From positions 32,001 through 96,000 of the forward strand of contig CP084166.1 of assembly GCA_021513695.1 (NCBI GenBank): a stretch of DNA of 64,000 nucleotides, written 5' to 3'. A program made the position numbers and the translations under genes. The notes under the pieces are model-generated. The model was given only the letters and a program-made list of their open reading frames with translations. It did no database searches and had not been told where the DNA came from. This DNA is from Candidatus Heimdallarchaeum aukensis. Lineage in GTDB: Archaea; Asgardarchaeota; Heimdallarchaeia; Heimdallarchaeales; Heimdallarchaeaceae. Shown here one piece after another: positions 56,913-64,000 of the stretch (positions are counted from its first letter, which is position 1; each line of letters opens with the position of its first letter).

Positions 56913-58769
56913 ATGAATAAAATAAATATTATATTAACCTATTTAGTGGTTTCTAGTTTTCTTATCCTCTCTGGATCTGTTTATGCTGCCGATGTTTCTG
57001 GTTCAACAATTGAAGCTTCACCTTCTGATATTTATGAGTATCAGATAACTAGTATTACTGTTACTTCAAAGAATGGAGTAGGTACTGCACTTGGAGGAGT
57101 AACTGTAAATATCTCTGCTCAAGAAGGTTCCTTTGTTGAAAATGAGATGAAGTACATAATCTTAACTACAAATGACAATGGTATTGCTTCCGCTGATTGG
57201 AAAGCTCCTGAAGCTAAGAGTGCAGTAGAAGCTAAAGAAGTTACAATAACTGCTGTATTCACTTCTGGTAGTGATACAGCTACAAAAGAATTAAATGTAA
57301 CTGTTCATCCTCTTTCTTTTGATACAAGTACTATAACTATAAGCCCAGATCCAGTTTACGAGACACAGAATTCAACTATTGAGATAACTGCAAAAGGTAC
57401 ATACGGAACCATTGCAGAAGCAAATGTTCATCTAACTTGTGACGATGGAGTGTTTCCAGATTCTGATACTTTCGAGATAGATGTCCAAACAGATTCAGAT
57501 GGAAAAGTTCAAGTTATCTGGAATGCTGATTTAACTACATTAGTTTCTGAACTAAACTATGTTAACTTTACTGCTACAGTAACTTATAGCGGTTCTACAG
57601 CCACTAAAGACTTGACTGGAACTATTTATGTTAATGAACTAGATTTGAGTAGTTCAACAATGGTTGCGTCAAGTACGGATGTAGGAGGAGGGACACATGT
57701 TTCTATTGTTGTTACTGCAGAGGGAGCTTTAGGAGTGATTTCTAACGCAAGAGTAGAGTTAGACGCTCTTGATGGTAAATTCTCCAATAACGAACAAGAT
57801 ATTACAGGATATACTAACTCTTCAGGAATGTATGAGACAGAATGGATAGCTCCTGATGTTTCAAATGCTATTGACATTATAATCTCAGGAACAGTTTCTG
57901 TTGATAACACTCTCGCAACTAAGGATCTAGATGATATAACAATTACTGTTAATCCTATAGTTCACAACTTCACAATAAGTTTAGATGCAAATGCTACAGA
58001 AATAACAGCTGGAGAACCTGTAGAATTAACTGTAACTTTGACTAATGAATTAGGTTATACTGTAGAAGATGCAGAGATTACTTTCAATGCTATGGAAGGA
58101 GAATTTGTAGGTTTTGATGCTCTAACTGCTAAGATTAACAGTTCATCTGAAGGAATTGCTTCTGTAGTATGGAATACAACTGATTTATCTCCACCAATAC
58201 CTAATGGACAGGATTATCCTATAACTATTAATATAGTTAAAGAATTCTATAATTCTGAAGAAGATTCAATAGATATACATGTTAATCCTATTATCCTTAA
58301 ACTAAGCTCTAGCACTACTCCAGATAAGACAACTATAACTCAAGGAGAAAATGTTACATTTACTGTTTTTGTTAGTGCTGGAGAACAAGGAGTAGAAGGA
58401 GCAACTGTAACTATAACCGCTCTAGCAGGTACTTTTGCCAGCAGTGGGAATCAAATTACTTCACTAGAAACAAATTCCACTGGATATGTTACTTTTGTAT
58501 GGATAACAGAAGATATGACAGTAACAACTGCAAAGAACTATACATTTACTATCGATGCAGCCCTTCCAGGATATGATTCATCAGAACAAGAAACAGTTAC
58601 TATATTAGTTAATCCAGTTGATACAGGAGGAGCAGAACCTACACAAACTACTACTCCTACAGGAGGATTGTCTACAATGACTAAACTAGGTATCCTTCTT
58701 GGAGCACTTGGAGGAGTGGTTCTATTAGGAGGTTTAGGTTACTTCTTAATTAGTAGACGAGGTATATAA
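56913..58769 (+). CDS. Secreted surface protein made of about six Ig-like (Big_1/invasin-type) domains, with a Thr/Pro linker and a C-terminal TM anchor.
   Basis: - Signal peptide: ILTYLVVSSFLILSGSVYA.
- Repeating units of about 100 aa: S.i.asp..v...q.s.I.vta....G..v.gA.V.l....G.f.......TdsdG.a...W.AP....
- C-terminus: PTQTTTPTGG + LGILLGALGGVVLLGGLGYFLI. Confidence 0.7.
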   Translation: MNKINIILTYLVVSSFLILSGSVYAADVSGSTIEASPSDIYEYQITSITVTSKNGVGTALGGVTVNISAQEGSFVENEMKYIILTTNDNGIASADWKAPEAKSAVEAKEVTITAVFTSGSDTATKELNVTVHPLSFDTSTITISPDPVYETQNSTIEITAKGTYGTIAEANVHLTCDDGVFPDSDTFEIDVQTDSDGKVQVIWNADLTTLVSELNYVNFTATVTYSGSTATKDLTGTIYVNELDLSSSTMVASSTDVGGGTHVSIVVTAEGALGVISNARVELDALDGKFSNNEQDITGYTNSSGMYETEWIAPDVSNAIDIIISGTVSVDNTLATKDLDDITITVNPIVHNFTISLDANATEITAGEPVELTVTLTNELGYTVEDAEITFNAMEGEFVGFDALTAKINSSSEGIASVVWNTTDLSPPIPNGQDYPITINIVKEFYNSEEDSIDIHVNPIILKLSSSTTPDKTTITQGENVTFTVFVSAGEQGVEGATVTITALAGTFASSGNQITSLETNSTGYVTFVWITEDMTVTTAKNYTFTIDAALPGYDSSEQETVTILVNPVDTGGAEPTQTTTPTGGLSTMTKLGILLGALGGVVLLGGLGYFLISRRGI

Positions 58770-58770
58770 T

Positions 58771-61494
58771 ATGTTTAGGAAGAAGAGAGGAGTTTCTCCT
58801 GTAATTGCAGTTGTTCTGATACTTGGTCTTACCTTAGCTGCAACTGCAATTGTTTTTCTAGTTGTACTTCCAATGGTAAATCAAAGAAATGCTCCTGAGT
58901 TATACATTGATGAGACTTCAGCACCTTTGTTTATGGATTACGATAATGATGGAAAATGTGACTATATAACTGTCCAAGTTGGAAATATCGGTGGGAGTGC
59001 GTTTAATGTTACTAATATAACGATCGTAGCTTCCAAAGATAGTTCGTCCAACTTCTACACTTGGGAGTTAATGGATAATGTAAATGGGACAATAGGTGTA
59101 AATGATCGTGTTCTATTAAAGATGAGGGCTGCTGTAGATGATACTGATGAAATAGATGATGGTTCAAGTCTAATTTTAACACTAATAAATGACCAATATA
59201 TTGTAGGTCTAGAACTTGGGACAATTACTGTTGAACAAGGAGAACCACTATCTATTGAATTTACTGATTCTTCAGGAGATCCTGTTGTTGGTTCTAATAT
59301 TTATTTCTACTATTCCACAGGAGAATTTGCTTACACAGGGGAACCAACATCTGTTAGTGGTGTTTCAAACACTTATCTATTTCCAGGGACTTACTATGCA
59401 AAAGCTCAATCTGGAATGCAATTCTACACCACAGATGTTTTTATTCATCCAGGAACACCCCAATTACATTTAGAGATGTCTGGAGGAACTTTAACTGTTA
59501 AAGTTAAATCAGGTACAACACCTTTAAGTGGTGTAAGAACTTATTTGTATGATACCTATAGCCATTATTTGAATAAATACTCTGATACTAATGTTGATGG
59601 ACTAGCTACTTATTCTCTTGATGATGGAGTGTATAAGATCAGAGCAGATGTTTCTGGAATAGTCTATTATTCAGAAAATATAAACTTCCCAAATACAACT
59701 TATATAGAAATTGACACAGGAGGAGGTACTGTTTATGCTCACGTAATTGATGGAGGAAATAATCCAATAGTCAACACTCGTGTCTATCTTTTCACCTCAA
59801 GTGGAAGCTACACTGGTAAATACGGTAACACCAATGCTACAGGGTATGCTGAATTTGCTGCAGTTTCAGGAGGAACTAATTATAAGTTTAGAGTAGATTA
59901 CTTGGCTTATAGAATCTGGAGTCAAACCTTTGGAGCTTCAGATGGGGCAGTTATTGATGTTAATGTAGGAGGAGGAACAATATATGTCAATGTAACTGAT
60001 GGTGACGGCAATCCAATAAAGAACACTCGTACATATCTCTTTACTTCAAGCGGAAGTTATACTGGTAAATACTCGAATACAAATACAAGTGGAATAGCCA
60101 CTTACAGCTCTATAGCTGCTGGAGATTACAAGATTAGAATTGACTATCTTGCTCAAAGATTCTGGAGCCCAGTTTTCACTGCTTCAAATGGATTAATAGT
60201 TAATGCATCTATAGGAGGAGGAACACTTTATGGAAATATTACTGTGGCTGGAAATGCTTTAGTTAACACTCGTGTTTATCTTTTCACTTCAAGTGGAAGT
60301 TATACCGGTAAATATGGAAATACAAATGCTTCTGGAATAGTAACATTTGTTGGAATAGGCACTTCTAACTATAAGTTAAGGGTAGATTACCAAGCAGATC
60401 GTCATTGGTCAGATGTTTTCTATTTCAATGAAACAATGGTTTATCACTTTGAACTAGGTGGAGGAACAGTTTATGCCAATGTCACTGCTGGAGGGGTACC
60501 AGTTGTCAATACTAGAGTCTATGTATTCACTGATAGCGGAAGTTATACAGGAACTTATGCAAACACTAATGCTTCAGGAATAGCAACATTCAACACATTA
60601 AGCAGTGGAGACTACAAATTCAGAGTTGACTACCTCGCAAAAAGATTCTGGAGTGATGTATTCACTGCCAGTGATGGTTTAGTTGTAGATGTTGATTTAG
60701 GTGGAGGAACAATATATGTCCATTTGACTAATACCTATGGTGTAGATATTGCTAATGTACGTCTCTATCTCTTCACTTCAAGTGGAAGCTACACAGGTAA
60801 GTATACAAACACAAATGCTACGGGTTGGGGAGTTTTTGCAGGAATAGGAGAATCAGACTATAAAGTACGTGCAGACTATCTAGCAAAAAGATACTGGTCA
60901 AACGTATTTACTGCAACCGACGGATTAAATGTAGATTTCAATATAGGTGGAGGAATAGTTTGGTTACATGTGTTTGACGGAAGTGGGACAAATATAAGCG
61001 GACCAAGAGCTTATCTCTTTACTGAGAGCGGAAGTTATACTGGAATCTACAGAAACCTGGATGCTAATGGATATCTGAACTTTACTGGAATAGGTGATGG
61101 TAACTTCAAATGGAGAGTCGACTATCTTGCAAAAAGATTCTGGTCTGATGTTTTCTCTGCGACAAACGGTACAACTTTAGAATTCAACATCGGTGGAGGA
61201 ACAATATACGTTCATCTAACAGTTAATGGTGCTGATGTTAATAACGGAAGAATATACTTGTTTACAGATACTGGTAGTTATACTGGAAAATATGCAAATA
61301 CAAACTCTACAGGTTGGGCAGTGTTCTATGGAATTGGAGCAGGAGATTATAAGTTGAGATATGATTATGATGGAACACGTTATTGGAAGAATTTCTCCGC
61401 AGATGCAGATTTACAGGTAGGGTTTGCTATTGTAACCACAATGACCCTTTCTGTATTAACAGTTCAACCTTCTAAGTCAAAAGAAAATTATTAA
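58771..61494 (+). CDS. Protein with an archaeal class III (type IV pilin-like) signal peptide, followed by about nine tandem 81-83-aa beta-sandwich (CarboxypepD_reg/Cna-B-like) repeats.
   Basis: - MFRKKRGVSPVIAVVLILGLTLAATAIVFLVV matches the archaeal pilin/DUF1628 N-terminus ([KR]G-[VA]SPVIA..L).
- Repeat consensus: GGGTIYV.VTDG.GNPI.NTRVYLFTSSGSYTGKY.NTNATG.A.F..I..GDYK.RVDYLAKRFWSDVFTASDGL.VD..
- The ATG lies 1 nt after the upstream stop. Confidence 0.8.
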   Translation: MFRKKRGVSPVIAVVLILGLTLAATAIVFLVVLPMVNQRNAPELYIDETSAPLFMDYDNDGKCDYITVQVGNIGGSAFNVTNITIVASKDSSSNFYTWELMDNVNGTIGVNDRVLLKMRAAVDDTDEIDDGSSLILTLINDQYIVGLELGTITVEQGEPLSIEFTDSSGDPVVGSNIYFYYSTGEFAYTGEPTSVSGVSNTYLFPGTYYAKAQSGMQFYTTDVFIHPGTPQLHLEMSGGTLTVKVKSGTTPLSGVRTYLYDTYSHYLNKYSDTNVDGLATYSLDDGVYKIRADVSGIVYYSENINFPNTTYIEIDTGGGTVYAHVIDGGNNPIVNTRVYLFTSSGSYTGKYGNTNATGYAEFAAVSGGTNYKFRVDYLAYRIWSQTFGASDGAVIDVNVGGGTIYVNVTDGDGNPIKNTRTYLFTSSGSYTGKYSNTNTSGIATYSSIAAGDYKIRIDYLAQRFWSPVFTASNGLIVNASIGGGTLYGNITVAGNALVNTRVYLFTSSGSYTGKYGNTNASGIVTFVGIGTSNYKLRVDYQADRHWSDVFYFNETMVYHFELGGGTVYANVTAGGVPVVNTRVYVFTDSGSYTGTYANTNASGIATFNTLSSGDYKFRVDYLAKRFWSDVFTASDGLVVDVDLGGGTIYVHLTNTYGVDIANVRLYLFTSSGSYTGKYTNTNATGWGVFAGIGESDYKVRADYLAKRYWSNVFTATDGLNVDFNIGGGIVWLHVFDGSGTNISGPRAYLFTESGSYTGIYRNLDANGYLNFTGIGDGNFKWRVDYLAKRFWSDVFSATNGTTLEFNIGGGTIYVHLTVNGADVNNGRIYLFTDTGSYTGKYANTNSTGWAVFYGIGAGDYKLRYDYDGTRYWKNFSADADLQVGFAIVTTMTLSVLTVQPSKSKENY
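59479..61440 (+). repeat. Tandem coding repeats with a period of 240-249 nt: one diverged copy starting at 59479, then seven well-conserved copies.
   Basis: GG(A/T)GGAGG(A/T)AC(A/T) repeat starts fall at 59479, 59719, 59968, 60214, 60457, 60700, 60946 and 61192 (hand-indexed). Confidence 0.85.
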
Positions 61495-61570
61495 TTATCT
61501 CTTTCTTTTTTCTTTTTTCCTTTTGCAATTCTATTTATAAGAAATTGTTTGTTATAAATTCTCTTAAAAA

Positions 61571-62638
61571 TTAATTTTTGTTTTTGATTTCGTTTACTCT
61601 TCTATAGGGGTAAATAGGTATTTCTTCTAAACAGTTAGGACATTTTAAATCTACTGTCATATTGGTATAAGTTACTGACATTAGATCTCTCTTTACTAAA
61701 AGTTCAGAGCAAATAGGACAAAAAGTATTCTGTAGAGGATGACCAGGAACATTTCCGAGATAAACATACTTCAATCCTTCATTTTTTGCAATAGAATGAA
61801 CTTTTTGAAGAGTATCTATTGGAGTTGCAGGTATTTCAAACAAATAATGTGGAAAATATCTAATAAAATGAACTGGTGTATAAATTGAAAGATTTTGTTT
61901 TATTTTTTCTACAAATTCTATAATTTGTTCTTCTTCATCGTTAAATTCTGGAATAACTAGATATACAATCTCTATATGGACGCCAGATTGATAGGCTGAT
62001 TTAACATTTTTCCAGATTTTTTCAAATTTAACATCAAGATTATGTTCTATTTTTTCACTAATTCCCTTAAAAGAGACCGTCATTCCGTTCATTCCAGCAT
62101 CTATGAGTAAATCTAAAGCATAAGGTGACATATATCCATTTGTCACATAGTGTTTGTAATAGGTAGGATCAATATTCTTGAAAACATCAACAGTATATTC
62201 TAATGAGAGCGTAGGCTCATTGAAAGAAAAAGAAATTCCTTGAATACTAGGGTTTGTTCTAATAGTTTCAATGACTCTCTCAATAGAAAGAAGACTAGAA
62301 TTAAGAAAATCTTGCGGAGGAGGACGTTTTGAAATTTCAAAATTCTGGCAAAATTCACAAGGAAAATTACATCCCCAAGAACCAAGAGTAAGAGCTGTGG
62401 ACGTTGGATAGTAATGATAAGCAGGTTTTTTTTCTATTGGATTTAAGTTATAGCTTGAAATATCTGAATATTCAATACTATATAGCTTTCCTTCATAATT
62501 TGCTCTTACCTTGCAGTAACCTAGTTCTCCTTTTTCTATAATGCAAAATCTGTTACAAGTTAGACACTGTACTTTAGAATCATCGAGTTTTTTGTATAAG
62601 TAAGCTTCTTTAATTCTTGGGTCAGTCATAGAGTTCAT
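61571..62638 (-). CDS. Radical SAM enzyme of the AmmeMemoRadiSam / PFL-activase-like type.
   Basis: The CNFPCEFCQN (CxxxCxxC) cluster is present. The N-terminus (YKKLDDSKVQCLTCNRFCIIEKGELGYCKVRANYEGKLYS) is typical of the AmmeMemoRadiSam radical SAM family. Confidence 0.75.
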   Translation of the reverse strand: MNSMTDPRIKEAYLYKKLDDSKVQCLTCNRFCIIEKGELGYCKVRANYEGKLYSIEYSDISSYNLNPIEKKPAYHYYPTSTALTLGSWGCNFPCEFCQNFEISKRPPPQDFLNSSLLSIERVIETIRTNPSIQGISFSFNEPTLSLEYTVDVFKNIDPTYYKHYVTNGYMSPYALDLLIDAGMNGMTVSFKGISEKIEHNLDVKFEKIWKNVKSAYQSGVHIEIVYLVIPEFNDEEEQIIEFVEKIKQNLSIYTPVHFIRYFPHYLFEIPATPIDTLQKVHSIAKNEGLKYVYLGNVPGHPLQNTFCPICSELLVKRDLMSVTYTNMTVDLKCPNCLEEIPIYPYRRVNEIKNKN

Positions 62639-62786
62639 TCAAATAAACAGTAAAGAAAAATGATATTTAAATCAATTGTTCAACTTTGTTTTCTAAAAAA
62701 TCCATTAACTTTTTCTTTATAGAAAGAAGTAAAAACAGCAAGCTCTATTCTGAGTAACAAAAGAAAAAAAGTGTTAATTAGTAAGA

Positions 62787-63404
62787 TTATCTGGCTTTTC
62801 TAATCATTCCCCATACTTGAACATTTGAATTAGGAATCTTTTCAGAAATAGCAACCTCGAAACCAAAATGCTCGTAGAGTGAAATGTTTTCCTCGTTTTC
62901 TGTTTCTAAATAACAAATCTCCTTTTGGGAATCAAAGAAATCTAATGCAGGTCTTAGCAACTTTGAAGCGAATCCTTTGTTCTGGTGCGGAGGATCTACA
63001 GCAATTGAATTTAAATACCAGTGTGGACTATCTATTGCTCTTTCATGTATTTCATCAATAAACTTTTGCATTTTCATTGGTTTTCTCCAATTCATAATAA
63101 AAGGGATGATATATCCTTTACTCTTTAATAAAGCCAAAATGTTGTCTTTCTCTTTTTTTGGAGGAGTTAGAACCATTAAACCTTCAATTTTTTTGGATGT
63201 AGCCACAATATAACCATAATTCATCGCGTAATTTAAGCTGACGTAAAACATGTAGTACATTTTTTTTCTTTTTTTAATGTTAGGAAATAGGTACTTAAAT
63301 AAAGGATCTTCAAAAAAAGCCCTTGTTAGAACGGTACAAGCTTTTTTAATATCTTTTTTTTTGACCGTGTATAGAGAGTCAAAAAATAATGAATTATTTT
63401 TCAT
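62787..63404 (-). CDS. GNAT-family N-acetyltransferase.
   Basis: VDPPHQNKGFASKLL is the acetyl-CoA-binding Q/RxxGxG/A motif. The YLETENEENISLYEHFGF tail is present. Confidence 0.7.
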   Translation of the reverse strand: MKNNSLFFDSLYTVKKKDIKKACTVLTRAFFEDPLFKYLFPNIKKRKKMYYMFYVSLNYAMNYGYIVATSKKIEGLMVLTPPKKEKDNILALLKSKGYIIPFIMNWRKPMKMQKFIDEIHERAIDSPHWYLNSIAVDPPHQNKGFASKLLRPALDFFDSQKEICYLETENEENISLYEHFGFEVAISEKIPNSNVQVWGMIRKAR

Positions 63405-63488
63405 TAATTTAATTTCTCTTCTTAAAATAATAAACTGTTCCTTGAAATGAAATTATTTAAATCAAAAATAAAAAAAAGAAAAGTGTTA

Positions 63489-64000
63489 TTAGTTCAGATA
63501 GAAGTAAGCACCTGTGTTTCCGTCAAATTGTTGGGGTGTGTCTCCACCGCTGTAAGGATAAGCGTTGAGGGCATAGTTGAATATTGTTTCTAATGCTGTA
63601 GAAGAAGATCCTCCGTAGTAGTTAATCCAGGAGTATTCCAAGAAGTAATATGTCCATGCTCCATTTTGATGTGTAGAATCATCATATCCATAACCGTTTT
63701 CTGTACAAGTTGTTGTTAAGTAAACGTTGCTTTTATTGGGCATGTTCATTAAGTTATCTCCAAAACCGCCACTGAAACAATGATCCAAGAAAACGAATAT
63801 TTTCTCAGCTACTGCATCATCTAGTATTACAGCTAGTTCGGTATCATAAAGGCTACCATCTTCTCCGTTTTCTCCAGAGTTGCAGTCCCACATGCATAAG
63901 TAAGAGCTTCCAGAACCATCTCCAGAACCATGTCCTGAGCTTATGTAAGCAATAACATCATCTGCATCAGCGGTGCCAACTAGCCAGTTTAGAGCTTGTT
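63489..64000 (-). CDS. Clan CD (caspase/legumain/gingipain-fold) cysteine peptidase-like protein. The CDS is partial; its N-terminus lies beyond the window.
   Basis: My hand translation shows the frame stays open upstream of the track's Met to position 64000 (...QALNWLVGTADADDVIAYISSGHGSGDGSGSSYLCMWDC...). YISSGHG (His) and FLDHCFSGGF (Cys) lie about 51 aa apart, which resembles the His-Cys dyad. Confidence 0.5.
   Translation of the reverse strand, partial: QALNWLVGTADADDVIAYISSGHGSGDGSGSSYLCMWDCNSGENGEDGSLYDTELAVILDDAVAEKIFVFLDHCFSGGFGDNLMNMPNKSNVYLTTTCTENGYGYDDSTHQNGAWTYYFLEYSWINYYGGSSSTALETIFNYALNAYPYSGGDTPQQFDGNTGAYFYLN

Noticed and set aside
59479-61440. A regular repeat of about 246 nt, considered as a CRISPR-like or satellite array.
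   Set aside because: The period is a multiple of 3, the repeats are in-frame, and they encode a conserved protein module within one uninterrupted ORF. There is no short-repeat/unique-spacer organisation.
1-64000. A search for rRNA, tRNA, CRISPR arrays, Cas genes, restriction-modification systems and toxin-antitoxin pairs.
   Set aside because: No intergenic region shows tRNA-like GC-rich cloverleaf sequence or repeat-spacer structure. No protein shows the corresponding signature motifs. This was a by-eye scan only; tRNAscan-SE, Infernal and a defence-system finder should confirm it.

Overview
The window is very AT-rich, roughly 30% GC by eye, with no rRNA, tRNA or CRISPR array that I could find. 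It is densely coding, with about 47 CDS. All calls rest on reading the supplied translations for motifs; no database search was run.

The gene content looks archaeal:
- a class III (type IV pilin-like) signal peptide
- L-aspartate dehydrogenase NadX
- an M42/TET aminopeptidase
- an eIF-2B-family isomerase
- GGTGA/GAGGTG-type Shine-Dalgarno sequences

Two eukaryote-type small GTPases and many thrombospondin type-3 (TSP3) and FG-GAP surface proteins suggest a Loki-type Asgard archaeon. This is an inference, not a proof.

Housekeeping blocks:
- iscS-iscU
- NAD biosynthesis (nadX, nadC, nadA, nadK)
- an oxyanion-type ABC transporter with a DUF47/PhoU-like protein
- MTA/SAH deaminase
- a radical SAM enzyme
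- transporters and two-component proteins

The accessory content is unusual:
1. A translationally coupled pair of giant surface proteins (2,067 and 2,669 aa; 34.7-48.9 kb). It combines an orphan N-terminal module, a long TSP3 Ca-binding array and several FG-GAP / Asp-box / PQQ-like propellers. A Rab-like GTPase gene follows it.
2. A Rag/Arf-like GTPase carrying a C-terminal longin/roadblock-like domain, next to a response regulator whose output domain has the same predicted fold pattern (12.1-14.2 kb).
3. Two beta-helix + TSP3 membrane proteins, one with a cytoplasmic coiled-coil tail.
4. A Big-domain surface protein coupled to a pilin-signal protein with about nine tandem 81-83 aa repeats.
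5. A DMT transporter fused to a RAM (AsnC-type ligand-binding) domain.
6. NAD kinase fused to a wHTH domain.
7. A short serine-recombinase islet.
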